Of a stretch of DNA of 64,000 bases, positions 10,183 to 20,110 are shown one piece after another. Positions within the stretch are counted from its first letter, which is position 1. Each line of letters starts with the position of its first letter. The DNA lies in assembly GCA_943788935.1 (NCBI GenBank), contig CALSSE010000016.1, forward strand, positions 1,759-65,758, in the 5' to 3' direction. The notes beneath the pieces are model-generated. The model made no database searches and had not been told where the DNA came from. It saw only the letters and a list, made by a program, of their open reading frames with translations. The position numbers and the translations under genes were made by a program. This DNA is from an uncultured bacterium (GTDB lineage: Bacteria; Myxococcota_A; Bradymonadia; UBA7976; VGTA01).

Positions 10183-11034
10183 ATGAGTACCATCGATCAA
10201 TTTGAGAGCGTTTTCCGTTCAGCGATCAAGCCATCCTACGACCCTCAACCTCTCTCTATCTCAAAAATTTTGTGGGTGAGCGATTTGGATGAACAAGACG
10301 CTGAACCCTACGCTCGGGCCTGCCAAGAGTATTTAACGGACGCTGGCTCAGATCTTATCGGCGAGGTATCTATCCTACCGAAAGAGCTGAGTCATGACTT
10401 AAATACTCTGATCGAAGAGATCTCTAAGCGTTCGCCAGACCTTATAGTCACCCATAGAAATTTACACTCAGATGCCTCTTTTGGGTACACTCTTGGTGAT
10501 CACATAGAGGTTCTTACTCAAGTCACTCATGTGCCTATCCTGTTGTGTCCTCATCACAGCCATTGGCGAGCAGAGCTGCTAGGGGCACCGAAAAAGGTGA
10601 TGGTATTAACAGACCAGTTGAGCGCTAACCCTGTCCTTATAGATGCTGCGCTCTCGCTAGTGAGAGATCAAGGACAGATCACTCTCGCCCATATTGAAGA
10701 TGAGTCTCAATTTAATCGATTCATCGACAGCATTTCAAAGATCCCTGAGCTCGATACAGAGATCGCTCGCAGCTCAATTCAAGCTCAGCTATTTAAGGAG
10801 ACAGAAGATTTTGTTGAGGCGATCAAGACCGCGCTCCTAGAGAAACAGAGAGAGGTTACAGTTCACTCCGAGATCCAAATGGGTCACACATTACGCACTT
10901 ATGTTTCCATGGTAGAGGTTCATCAAATCGACATGGTCGTGATGCAGAGTAAAGTAGAAGATCAGGTCGCTATTCATGGTCTCTCATATCCGCTCGCTGT
11001 TGAGTTAAATCAACTCCCCATGCTGATATTATAA
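10183..11034 (+). CDS. Universal stress protein-like (tandem USP domains)
   Basis: AAGGAG RBS. Two USP-like halves: KILWVSD...PDLIVT...VLTQVTHVPILL and KKVMVLTD...ITLAHI...IDMVVM...LNQLPMLIL. Confidence 0.65.
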   Translation: MSTIDQFESVFRSAIKPSYDPQPLSISKILWVSDLDEQDAEPYARACQEYLTDAGSDLIGEVSILPKELSHDLNTLIEEISKRSPDLIVTHRNLHSDASFGYTLGDHIEVLTQVTHVPILLCPHHSHWRAELLGAPKKVMVLTDQLSANPVLIDAALSLVRDQGQITLAHIEDESQFNRFIDSISKIPELDTEIARSSIQAQLFKETEDFVEAIKTALLEKQREVTVHSEIQMGHTLRTYVSMVEVHQIDMVVMQSKVEDQVAIHGLSYPLAVELNQLPMLIL

Positions 11035-11073
11035 TTTTTGGTCTTCCCCCCCTATTAGGATTACAGAGGAGAC

Positions 11074-12588
11074 ATGAGTGATCATCGCGCTCAGTCATTC
11101 CAAAGAACACTAGGATATTACTTTATGATCAATCTCATCTCTATTCTAAATCCAAGCGCAGCGCAGGCTGTCCATAAGGTAGTAGAGCATCACGTTGCCC
11201 ACCACCCTCCCGAGGCTTGGGTGACATACCTCTTTACAGCCCTCTTAGTAGGGCTCATTTTCTGTCTCGCCTTCGAAGAGAAAATCCACGCCCAAAAGTC
11301 GGTGATCGCTAGCTCCTTTGCCTTAATGGGGCTCGCTTTAGGAACCTTCTTTGACATACTCCCTTTTGGTCCGGAAGCGGCATCAAAGGGAGCAGCGCCG
11401 ATGATCAATCACTTTGGAGAGACCCTCTTCCATCCGGTCTTTATTCAGGGGGTCGACTGGGGAGTGATCGCGATTATCTTTGGAGCGAGTCTATTTGTCG
11501 ATATCACCTCCAAGTCAGGACTCTTTACTTGGATCGCTTTGAAGCTCACTAAGTCTTCGGGCGGTAATCCTCTTAAACTACTGTGGGCTTATGGGGTGAT
11601 GACCGTCGTCTTTAGCGCAGTATTAAACAATGTGACAGCGATGATTATCGTTGGCTCATTGTCTGTGGTCTCTCTAGAGAAGCTCAGCCGACGAGACCTA
11701 TTACTTGGGTTTTTACTCATCGAAGGTCTCTTAACCAATGTGGGTGGATTGCTTACCCTCATCAGCTCTGTCCCGAACATTATCGTCGGGACTGCTGCCG
11801 GGATCTCTTTTGGTCGATTCTTTGTGATCGCCGCTCCTTTTGTCCTTGTCACGACAGCGGTGACTCTGTGGCTAGGAGCAAAGATGTTCAAGATCACTGG
11901 ATTTGAATCAGAGCACCAAGAAGTAGAGGGTCGGAGACTCGTGGCCCAATTTGATGAGTCAGAGGGTATCGAGAGCCGTGGGTTCTTCATTTTTTCTTCG
12001 GTAATGACGATCTGTTTCGTGTTTACCATCGCACTCGCTTCTATGATTCCCGGTCTCAATAAATTAGGGATGGCCTATGTGGCGCTACTGTTTGCGGGGA
12101 TTATGATGCTCAAGTTTAAGTCGAGCGCGAGTGAGTTTTATAAGTCAATCGACTGGGACTTACTCGGTTTCTTTGTAGCGCTCTTCGCCTTTATTAACGT
12201 TTTGGAGCATGCTCACGTACTCGCTTTAATCGGTCAAGGTTTAAGTCACATCATAAACTTAGGGGAGACCCTTGGTGGGGCATCACTGCTGGTCAGCGCT
12301 TCGGTGTTTAGCTCGGTGACCGACAACATTCCATTGGCAGCGATGCTAGCGAAGATCCTCAACGCCCAACAGACTGCCGGAGATAGCTCTTTGTGGTGGT
12401 CGGTGATCTTTGGCGCTAACCTTGGGGGGAATATTACTCCTATTGGTTCAGCATCTACTTTGGTAGCGGTCACTATGATGCATAAACATAAGCTCCCCAT
12501 GAGCTTCTCTGGTTTTGTGATAAGAGCTGTTCCCTTTGCGATCGTTCAAATTATTTTAGCGATTATTTATGTATCGCTCTTTGTTTGA
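11074..12588 (+). CDS. ArsB/NhaD (SLC13-like, IT superfamily) permease, possible Na+/H+ antiporter or anion transporter
   Basis: Many hydrophobic helices. Duplicated motifs SAVLNNVT...NVGGLLTLISSVPN and SSVTDNIP...ANLGGNITPIGSAST, plus IDWDLLGFF. Confidence 0.85.
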   Translation: MSDHRAQSFQRTLGYYFMINLISILNPSAAQAVHKVVEHHVAHHPPEAWVTYLFTALLVGLIFCLAFEEKIHAQKSVIASSFALMGLALGTFFDILPFGPEAASKGAAPMINHFGETLFHPVFIQGVDWGVIAIIFGASLFVDITSKSGLFTWIALKLTKSSGGNPLKLLWAYGVMTVVFSAVLNNVTAMIIVGSLSVVSLEKLSRRDLLLGFLLIEGLLTNVGGLLTLISSVPNIIVGTAAGISFGRFFVIAAPFVLVTTAVTLWLGAKMFKITGFESEHQEVEGRRLVAQFDESEGIESRGFFIFSSVMTICFVFTIALASMIPGLNKLGMAYVALLFAGIMMLKFKSSASEFYKSIDWDLLGFFVALFAFINVLEHAHVLALIGQGLSHIINLGETLGGASLLVSASVFSSVTDNIPLAAMLAKILNAQQTAGDSSLWWSVIFGANLGGNITPIGSASTLVAVTMMHKHKLPMSFSGFVIRAVPFAIVQIILAIIYVSLFV

Positions 12589-12636
12589 ATCGCGCTCTGT
12601 TTGAATCGCGCTCTGTTTGAATCGCGCTCTGTTTGA
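12582..12636. repeat. 16-bp tandem repeat (TGTTTGAATCGCGCTC x3 plus partial) between convergent genes
   Basis: Read directly. The first unit contains the permease stop codon. Confidence 0.9.
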
Positions 12637-12643
12637 GTGTAAC

Positions 12644-13573
12644 TCATTCATTGATGACTAATTCAGTCCCTACCCCTTGATCAGTAAAGAGCTCTAGTAA
12701 TAGCGCGTGTTTTACACAGCCGTTGAGGATGTGTACTTTCTCTACACCGGAGCGTAAGGCCTCAAAAGCACATTGAAGTTTCGGGATCATGCCCCCATTG
12801 ATAACGCCTCTCTCTATCCATCGCTCTGCTTCTTGAACAGTTAAAGAAGACGCGACCTCCCCGTCAGGCCCTTTAATCCCCTCTACATCAGTCATGAGGA
12901 CTAGTTTTCTCGCTAAAATATGCTCGGCGATAGAGCTCGCCGCGTAATCAGCGTTGATGTTTAGCGTCTCGCGTTGCTGTATATCAACACCAATCGGGGC
13001 GATCACCGGAATGAACCCGGCCTCTCCGAGTAGTTTGAGTTCACTATCGTCTACTCTAGTGACTTGACCTACCCTACCGATGTCTGCTCCTCGGGGTTGA
13101 TAGCGAGTCGCTTGCAAAAGTTGACCATCAACACCTGAGAGGCCTACAGATCTCCCCCCGGCGTCATTGATCATCTGTACAAGCATTGGATTAACTTGAC
13201 CCATTAATGCCATCTGAACGGCGCGCATAGTCTCGTCATCGGTGACTCTCATTCCCTCAATAAACGAGCTCTTGATCGACATTTGCTCTAAAAGGGCGCT
13301 GATTTGAGGTCCCCCACCATGGACGACCGTTATATTGATCCCAATCGATCTTAGCAGGGTCACATCTCTAGCGAAACTAGCCTGGATCTGAGGGCTCTTC
13401 ATAGCGTGCCCACCGAACTTAACCACGATCCGCTCACCAGCGAAACGTTGGATATAGGGGAGCGCTTCGACCAGCAGTGAGGCTTTCTCTTGAACCCTGA
13501 GTAGTTGGTGTGAGGCAGGCCTTGAGAACCCCTCTTGCAGTGCCATATTCGAGTCATCTGAGATGTCAGTCAT
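12644..13573 (-). CDS. argB: Acetylglutamate kinase
   Basis: EALPYIQRF, IVVKFGGHAM, VVHGGGPQI, GMRVTD, NINAD, LMTDVEG, GGMIPK, LLLELFTDQGVGT. Confidence 0.97.
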   Translation of the reverse strand: MTDISDDSNMALQEGFSRPASHQLLRVQEKASLLVEALPYIQRFAGERIVVKFGGHAMKSPQIQASFARDVTLLRSIGINITVVHGGGPQISALLEQMSIKSSFIEGMRVTDDETMRAVQMALMGQVNPMLVQMINDAGGRSVGLSGVDGQLLQATRYQPRGADIGRVGQVTRVDDSELKLLGEAGFIPVIAPIGVDIQQRETLNINADYAASSIAEHILARKLVLMTDVEGIKGPDGEVASSLTVQEAERWIERGVINGGMIPKLQCAFEALRSGVEKVHILNGCVKHALLLELFTDQGVGTELVINE

Positions 13574-13855
13574 GTGTATCGCTTTCTGTCTGATCGGTCT
13601 CTCTCTAGTTAGTCTCTGTGTTAGTCAGTCTCTGTCTAGTCAGTCTCTGTCTTATCGACAGGACTTGGATATCAATCTTGACAGATGACTTGTCAATCAT
13701 TTCACTAGATCGAGAGAGGCTTATTTAGCGCTCAAAAGTCATAATAAAGATAAAACTCATTGAGGGAAATAGTAGAGAGCCTTGGAGGGACAGTAATGAT
13801 GACTAAAGTAAATAGAGTCTCGTCGCTGAGAATTTTTTTAAGAGAGAGACATTTG

Positions 13856-14827
13856 ATGCAGTGGCGATCTATCTGTCTCTTACTGACCTGTGCCTTAGGC
13901 GCTTTCTCTTGTGCTGAGCCCCCTCCTAAACCCCCTGAGGACCTTGAAGCCTTACTTGGGTTTCTTTTTGAACACACAGCCGATGAAGATCCAAGCGCCT
14001 TAGCGCTAGGGATTGAAGAGCTCCACGCTTGGTTTCAAGATGAAGCTCAGCTTGAGGCTGCACGAGAGGGGTTCTTGATCAACACTCTTGATCTAAGTCG
14101 AGTCACGCCTTCAGACTTTCCTTTACCAGAGATGTCTAATAGTAACTTACAAGGGGTGAGCGTCGTCACCAAGAGCCCTTATTGCGTGAAGAGCATCGTA
14201 GGCTTACTCACTTGGGAGAAGTTTGGCGAGCTTCTAGATAGCTTTGAAACTTATAAAAGAGTGTTTGATCTCGACAGCACCTGCATGGTGACTCGTGATT
14301 GTCTTATGGTTACTGCGGAGAGTGAGACTCGCTCATCATGGGCTGGGCTGATCGGGATCACAACCAGTTACCACATTGACTTCCGCTGGGTATACACTGA
14401 GGTTGGGTGGGCTCTCGTCCATCGATTTTGGCTCAAACAACCTGCGCTCGGTGACTCTTTTGGGGTGAAGATGAACGCTAACTATTATGTTGGGGTGACT
14501 CTGCCTGACAGCGAGAGAGAGGTGAATGAACCGTCTCCTGCGCTTATCTCTGCAGCAAATGGGGCTTTTGGTCTCAGCGGAGATGAAATCGAGAGGCTAC
14601 AGCAGACGCTCAGTCAACCCGGCTCTCTCCGCATTCATGCTAATTGGTTTGATGTGGACACCGGAGATATTCCCTTGGAGGATTCGATGATCGCCAACCT
14701 CTTGGTTCAACAACAAAAAAATGATTCAGAGAGCCATGATTCAATGATAACAAGTCACTCCTCACCAGGACGCTGCGCTACGACGGAGAGCTCATCTAGC
14801 TCTTCTATGGAGGTGCTCAGTCAATGA
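13856..14827 (+). CDS. Hypothetical lipoprotein
   Basis: ORF 13760..14827. The likely start is ATG 13856, giving MQWRSICLLLTCALGAFSC (lipobox-like). Stop overlaps the next start (ATGA). Confidence 0.7.
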   Translation: MQWRSICLLLTCALGAFSCAEPPPKPPEDLEALLGFLFEHTADEDPSALALGIEELHAWFQDEAQLEAAREGFLINTLDLSRVTPSDFPLPEMSNSNLQGVSVVTKSPYCVKSIVGLLTWEKFGELLDSFETYKRVFDLDSTCMVTRDCLMVTAESETRSSWAGLIGITTSYHIDFRWVYTEVGWALVHRFWLKQPALGDSFGVKMNANYYVGVTLPDSEREVNEPSPALISAANGAFGLSGDEIERLQQTLSQPGSLRIHANWFDVDTGDIPLEDSMIANLLVQQQKNDSESHDSMITSHSSPGRCATTESSSSSSMEVLSQ

Positions 14828-15468
14828 GCAGCCACGGGAAGCGATTACATAAAACCAGTGGAGCCTCTTCAGTGGTGGTTTATGCGCTCTGCGGACTCAT
14901 ACTGTTGGCTACTGTTTTTTGGTGGAGTTGGCCTGATGAAGTGAAGCCTGTTGTGAGCGCTCCCCCTCCTAGAGAGTTCGCGGAGTCTAAGACGTCAGAG
15001 GAGCCAATAGAGAGTGTAAGAGAGAGTATTAGGGATATGAATATGCCTTCGACCCTACGTCCCACCAAAGAGTCGGTCGCTCGTGTCGGATTGGGGGCCA
15101 GTCTCGCTCAAGCTCCCTTGCCTAAGCCTGCTTCTCGTCAAGATCTCCCCAAAGATTTGAGTCTCGGAGAGCACACCATCTCTCTAAAGGGGGGTGAGTG
15201 GCGCTTACGTCTTACCCTCACCCTCAGCTCTGAAGGTGAGGAGTTTATTAGATATGCAGCGCCGTTGAGGCGACGTCTAATTCAGATGATCTATTTTTTG
15301 GTGAGTCACCGAGTACCTGAAGGAATGAGGACGGCGAGCGGAGAGGAGCGTCTCCGCTCGGACCTCAAGGAGCGCTTTCAGAACGTCCTCCGCGGTCAAG
15401 AATTTGAACTCTACATCGATGGCTACTCCTTGGAACGTGTGGAAGACCTAGAGGAGTTTGAAGAGTGA
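14824..15468 (+). CDS. Single-pass membrane protein with FliL-like C-terminal domain
   Basis: N-terminal TM helix and linker, then TISLKGGEWRLRLTLTL...RLIQMIYFLVSHRVPEGMRTASGEERLRSDLKERFQNVL...LYI, which resembles the FliL pattern. Confidence 0.55.
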   Translation: MSSHGKRLHKTSGASSVVVYALCGLILLATVFWWSWPDEVKPVVSAPPPREFAESKTSEEPIESVRESIRDMNMPSTLRPTKESVARVGLGASLAQAPLPKPASRQDLPKDLSLGEHTISLKGGEWRLRLTLTLSSEGEEFIRYAAPLRRRLIQMIYFLVSHRVPEGMRTASGEERLRSDLKERFQNVLRGQEFELYIDGYSLERVEDLEEFEE

Positions 15469-15490
15469 CAAGACGGGGACCTGAGCGATC

Positions 15491-15895
15491 ATGAGCGACT
15501 TACCCAAGAACCCCTACAATCCACAGGCATGGATTGTCGGTGAGCCGAAGATCGGCGATGATGTGTGGATCGGGGCTTTCACTCTCATCGATGGGAGCGG
15601 TGGACTAGAGATCGGGCGAGGGGTGAACGTTTCTTGTGGTGTCCAGATCTTGACACATTCAAGCGCTCGACGTACGGTGAGCGCTCGCCAATATCCCGAT
15701 GTTGATCGGGCGCCTACTGTGATCGGTGATCATGTGTTTATTGGCGCTAATGCGGTCATTCTTATGGGCAGTACGATCGGCGCTCATTCGATCGTAGGGG
15801 CAGGCGCAGTAGTCACTGAGGGGAGTACTTTTCCACCTCACAGTCTCATCGTTGGCGTCCCCGCTAAAAGAAAAGGGGACGTTCGGTGGACTTGA
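15491..15895 (+). CDS. Hexapeptide-repeat (left-handed beta-helix) acyltransferase
   Basis: IGDDVWIG, IGRGVNV, ILTH, IGDHVFIGANAVIL, IGAHSIVGAGAVV, GVPAK. Confidence 0.88.
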   Translation: MSDLPKNPYNPQAWIVGEPKIGDDVWIGAFTLIDGSGGLEIGRGVNVSCGVQILTHSSARRTVSARQYPDVDRAPTVIGDHVFIGANAVILMGSTIGAHSIVGAGAVVTEGSTFPPHSLIVGVPAKRKGDVRWT

Positions 15896-15968
15896 CTCGA
15901 ACCCAATGGGGTTTAATGTATAGATAAACTTACTTGTTAGTTTGAAAACTCTTTTTTACGGAGCAATT

Positions 15969-16844
15969 ATGATTAAGAGAATATCCCTGTTTGTGTTGAC
16001 GAATATCCTCGTACTCACACTCATCAGCTTCATTATGAACCTCACAGGGTTAGATCCTAATATCCATAATGGATATGGTGGACTAGCGGTCTTCTGCCTA
16101 GCATGGGGTGGCCTTGGCTCGTTTATCTCCTTGCTCTTATCAAAGTGGGTCGCGAAGAGAGGAATGAGTCTCGAGCTGATCGACCCCCATGGGCCTCATG
16201 GATATGTGGTCAAGGCTGTCAAAGAGTTCGCTCATAAAGAGGGCATCACCGCGCCAGAGGTTTACTACTACAACAGCGAAGAGCTCAATGCTTTCGCTAC
16301 GGGACCCTCAAGAAATAACTCCCTCGTCGCCTTCTCGAGCGGTCTGCTCAGAGATATGAATGAGGATGAGGTGGTCGGGGTCGCAGCGCATGAGGTCGCT
16401 CATATCACTAATGGTGACATGGTGACTATGGCCCTAGTGCAAGGCGTGGTTAACGCCTTTGTGATGTTTATCGCTCGAGTCGTCGCTTTTGCCATCGACA
16501 ACGCCCTGAGGGGCGATGATGATGACGGCGAGGGTTTAGGTTATTTCGCTTATATGTTCTTAGTTATCGGACTGCAGGCCTTATTCGGGCTCCTCACCGC
16601 TCCGGTAGTGGCTGGCTTCTCTCGGTATCGCGAGTTTAGAGCTGACGCTGGTGGTGCAGCGCTCGCCGGTCGTGACAAGATGGTCGCCGCGCTCAAAGCG
16701 CTCGATGAGCAATTTAGCGTTGACCGGCTTGACAATAGTCAACCTGCGCTCAAAGCGATGAAGATCTCTGGCGGCGGAATGATGGCTCTTCTCTCTACTC
16801 ACCCTCCAATCAAGAAGCGTATCGAAGCCTTAGAGAAGAAATAG
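15969..16844 (+). CDS. htpX: Membrane zinc metalloprotease HtpX
   Basis: MIKRISLFVLTN start with GGAG RBS. NAFATG, AHEVAHITNGDMVTMALVQG, FSRYREFRAD, STHPP. Confidence 0.95.
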   Translation: MIKRISLFVLTNILVLTLISFIMNLTGLDPNIHNGYGGLAVFCLAWGGLGSFISLLLSKWVAKRGMSLELIDPHGPHGYVVKAVKEFAHKEGITAPEVYYYNSEELNAFATGPSRNNSLVAFSSGLLRDMNEDEVVGVAAHEVAHITNGDMVTMALVQGVVNAFVMFIARVVAFAIDNALRGDDDDGEGLGYFAYMFLVIGLQALFGLLTAPVVAGFSRYREFRADAGGAALAGRDKMVAALKALDEQFSVDRLDNSQPALKAMKISGGGMMALLSTHPPIKKRIEALEKK

Positions 16845-16848
16845 AACT

Positions 16849-17988
16849 CTAGCGAGTGGGCTCTCGTCTCCCCCAATCATCAGGGACGATCATGAGCCAA
16901 CCCCTAAAGGAGAGGTCAGCGCTGGCGACGTACCAAAGCGTAGACCCCCTCTCCCCACGACTATTCATGGCCCCCTCTTTCAGTAGAGCTTGAGTATGTG
17001 TCGGTGTAGCCCTCAACTCAGCTAGCGTCGGGGGAGCTAACCATTGGGGCTTGGGTCGGAGAGATGCTCTCACCTCGCTCACAGAGGCCGAGGTCAGCTT
17101 TTGATAGAGATTAAAGAGCTGGTCAAGCTCACCTTGACGACACCATAAGGCAGGTAAGCCTCGCCCACTATTATTCTTTAGTGGCTCCAGAGAGTCCGGA
17201 GAGCTGAGCGCAGAGAGGTGAAAAAATAATCGTCCTTTAAGCCACAATGATCGAAGGTTGATGTGATAGCCCCTTGACCGAAGCGCAGAGATCGCTTCCG
17301 GCGTCTTACTCAGCGAGAGTTGGTGGGTATAGAGTCGATGTAGCTTTCCACCAAAGCTGTCTCGCTCATTAGGACCGATCCAAGTAAACAGCGGCTGAGG
17401 CATCCCATCGAGCGGTTCATGGCTCTCATCAGAGGGCACTTGTAAATAAAACTTTGAAGCCAGCTCTAGGTGCAATGATGAAGAGCTCTCGCTTTGAGTC
17501 AGGTGAGGCCTACAGAGCGTGTTGAGCTGGGCCTTAGAGAGACGAGCGATCATATCGAGGGCGCCAAGGGTACGTCGACCTTTTGAATCATTCTTAGCGG
17601 GGTCACTATATACCTGCAGCTCCCTTAAGAGCTCATCGACCTGTATAATATGATTGAGCCAATAGTAAACTAAGTGCTCATAATAAACCCCTAGTCTAAC
17701 CCTAGTGAAGACTTGGGCAGAGCGCTCTAAACTGTTGAGGAGAGGGACAGGGTTAAGCTCTAGAGACCGTAAATGTGGAATAGCTTCCTTGAGGGCTTCC
17801 CTAGGAGACAACTCAACGATGCAAAGCGCTGACTCAAAATCCTTCGCCCATGAGGCTGGTAAGCTCTCTAGAGGCAGTTGATCTAATAACTTGGGAGAGC
17901 CGATCACCCAAGCGAGGTCTCTTACTTGAGGGTGAGTAAGCTCTTGGAGAACTCCCTGTAGATCCTCAGTGGATGCTAAGTTTATCAT
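16849..17988 (-). CDS. DUF1853 family protein
   Basis: VRDLAWVIGSP, RLGVYYEHL, TLGALD, HLELASKFYL, WIGPN.RD, QLSLS, KGRLF. Confidence 0.8.
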   Translation of the reverse strand: MINLASTEDLQGVLQELTHPQVRDLAWVIGSPKLLDQLPLESLPASWAKDFESALCIVELSPREALKEAIPHLRSLELNPVPLLNSLERSAQVFTRVRLGVYYEHLVYYWLNHIIQVDELLRELQVYSDPAKNDSKGRRTLGALDMIARLSKAQLNTLCRPHLTQSESSSSLHLELASKFYLQVPSDESHEPLDGMPQPLFTWIGPNERDSFGGKLHRLYTHQLSLSKTPEAISALRSRGYHINLRSLWLKGRLFFHLSALSSPDSLEPLKNNSGRGLPALWCRQGELDQLFNLYQKLTSASVSEVRASLRPKPQWLAPPTLAELRATPTHTQALLKEGAMNSRGERGSTLWYVASADLSFRGWLMIVPDDWGRREPTR

Positions 17989-18003
17989 CTTAAGACTCTC
18001 AAT

Positions 18004-19059
18004 TTAGAACTTTGAGATATCTTCTGAGACATCTTCTGAGACATCTTCTGAGACATCTTCTGAGACATCTTCTGAGACATCTTCTGAGACATCTTCTGAG
18101 ACAGAGACAAACTTATCCATACTCAGCGTCTGCTCTCCATCCCACCGGTAAGCGGCAAGCTCTCCACCTTTAGCGATACTCCAGTCTGTACATGCTACCT
18201 TATGGGTAGGGAGACATGAGCTTCTACTCCGCCAATAATGACCAAAGAAAACCGGAGGAGAGTCTTTGTAGAGGATCGTTTGACCTTCTGTAATCGTGTC
18301 CTCAAGGTCAAGTCCATAAATATCACGGCTCCCAAAGATGCCTACCTCAGCCCATGTTTCGCCTTCTGTCCACCAAGCGACTCGACATTGGGTCCGCTTG
18401 ATCCCTGATTTATCTTTAAAGTGTGTCCCCTCTGGCATCTTGAGCTCTGGACCTTTTAATAATAACTCAACGGTCTTAAAGGCCTCGTGCTCGGGCGTAA
18501 ACAATTCATGACTGAATTCATTTCCCAGGATCATCCCTTGGGGGGAGGGATAGAGATACTGTGAGACTCTCTCTATGGACTCTTGATCCCAACAAGCATG
18601 GATGACTCGCGCGGTCCCACCGCCCTCTAGCTGAAGTTCAAGCCAAAGAGGGAGCGTTTTGAACCAAGCGATCATCTCCTCATGTGCTGAACTACCGAGG
18701 GGTAGCTCCTCAAGGAATGAGGCGTGTTGGTGTTGATTTTTGCGGGAATGAGGACGTAGATAGGCACCTGATTCTGTCTGTGTTGAGTAGGCGACCGCGT
18801 TGAGCTCATGATTTCCCATACAGATATCTGCGCAATCTGCCTCGACCATCTCTCTCACGATTTGACAGGTCTCTCGTTGCTTTGGACCTCGGTCTATAAG
18901 ATCGCCAACGAAGATCGCTCGGCGTGTGGGGTGAGACCAATGGCCATGGTCTCGGTGATAACCTAACCTCTTCAAGAGGAGGATGAGGGCGTCAGCATGT
19001 CCATGGATATCTCCGATGATATCAAAGCCTTTGGCGATGGAGATGTTATTGTGCGACAT
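18004..19059 (-). CDS. Metallophosphoesterase (ApaH/PrpE/PPP-like)
   Basis: IIGDIHG, FVGDLIDRGP, MGNHE, IHACW, FFGHYW. C-terminal (SEDV)n tail. Confidence 0.9.
   Translation of the reverse strand: MSHNNISIAKGFDIIGDIHGHADALILLLKRLGYHRDHGHWSHPTRRAIFVGDLIDRGPKQRETCQIVREMVEADCADICMGNHELNAVAYSTQTESGAYLRPHSRKNQHQHASFLEELPLGSSAHEEMIAWFKTLPLWLELQLEGGGTARVIHACWDQESIERVSQYLYPSPQGMILGNEFSHELFTPEHEAFKTVELLLKGPELKMPEGTHFKDKSGIKRTQCRVAWWTEGETWAEVGIFGSRDIYGLDLEDTITEGQTILYKDSPPVFFGHYWRSRSSCLPTHKVACTDWSIAKGGELAAYRWDGEQTLSMDKFVSVSEDVSEDVSEDVSEDVSEDVSEDVSEDISKF
18019..18102. repeat. Perfect 12-bp VNTR (ATCTTCTGAGAC x7) encoding (VSED)n
   Basis: Read directly. Confidence 0.95.
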
Positions 19060-19136
19060 GTTTTATGAACCTCTCTTGGAGAACACACCTAAGTGTATGA
19101 TTGCTTATATATGACATCGGACATTCTACTTTTGAT

Positions 19137-20018
19137 TCACTCTTCATCGATCACTCGCCGCCATCGTTTACAGGTCGCCTTATCTGTGGTCGAGGAATCA
19201 GAGCGATTGATCTTGACCTTCTCTTGAATGAGATGGTGTCTCCGTTGTCGCCAAAAAGATCTTTGAGGGCAGGCTTCCTGTTCTCCTTGGGTCGCTAGAG
19301 ATTGGTAACTTGGATCACCAGGTAAGTATAACCTTACTTGTTCTCCCTTCATAATAATGGGCTGAATCGCTCTCGGTCGAGGCGTAGAATAGAGTGAGTG
19401 AAGAGCCTCTTGAGCGATCGAAGATTTTTCTCCTGTTCGGGGTGAGCGAAAGATCTCGTCTAGTTCACACAAGGTGATAAGGGTAGGGACAGGGAGCTCT
19501 AATGTACCACTATAATAAGCGCGTAAGGCCTCCGCAGGATTCCACCATTGAGCTTCACTGACCTCGACGGTGTCAACTGTGAGCGGGGAGACGGGAGGAC
19601 GGATCATAATACCCCAAAAATAGGTATCAAAGCGACGCTTTAGCGCAAAAGGAGTAAGCCAATGGGCAACACAACGAGGCGCGTCAAAGGAGAGCTCTGA
19701 GTCTGTCATAATCCGGAGTCCACACTCTTCATAGGTCTCGCGCAAGGCTGTACCTAATGAGCGTTGAGCAGCCTCCGCTGTTGGAAAGCCCCACTCTAAC
19801 CAGTTATCAGTTGACCGCTGCAGAGTGGGCTGACTCAAGTATTGACGCGCGTAGTCGAGATCGGAGTCCTCAGCACCTCCGCCGGGGAAGACCAGCGCAT
19901 TGGGGAGAAACCTAGAGTGTGCTGATCGTTTGAGCAGCAGGACTTTCATCTGATTGGTGGCGCTCGGGTCATCGAGTAGTATAAGCAGGGTCGCTGATTG
20001 TTTCGCGCCTTGTGTCAT
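19137..20018 (-). CDS. NUDIX hydrolase (Nudt19-like, possible acyl-CoA diphosphatase)
   Basis: VLLLKRS, VFPGG...ALRETYEECG (split Nudix box), HWLTP...RRFDTYF. Confidence 0.85.
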   Translation of the reverse strand: MTQGAKQSATLLILLDDPSATNQMKVLLLKRSAHSRFLPNALVFPGGGAEDSDLDYARQYLSQPTLQRSTDNWLEWGFPTAEAAQRSLGTALRETYEECGLRIMTDSELSFDAPRCVAHWLTPFALKRRFDTYFWGIMIRPPVSPLTVDTVEVSEAQWWNPAEALRAYYSGTLELPVPTLITLCELDEIFRSPRTGEKSSIAQEALHSLYSTPRPRAIQPIIMKGEQVRLYLPGDPSYQSLATQGEQEACPQRSFWRQRRHHLIQEKVKINRSDSSTTDKATCKRWRRVIDEE

Positions 20019-20110
20019 ATTGTTTATCCCTATAGATGGAGAGGTGTAAAGAGTCGGTCACAAATCAGAGTTAGCGGCTCTGAATCAGAGTGAGGGGCGC
20101 TGAATCAGAG

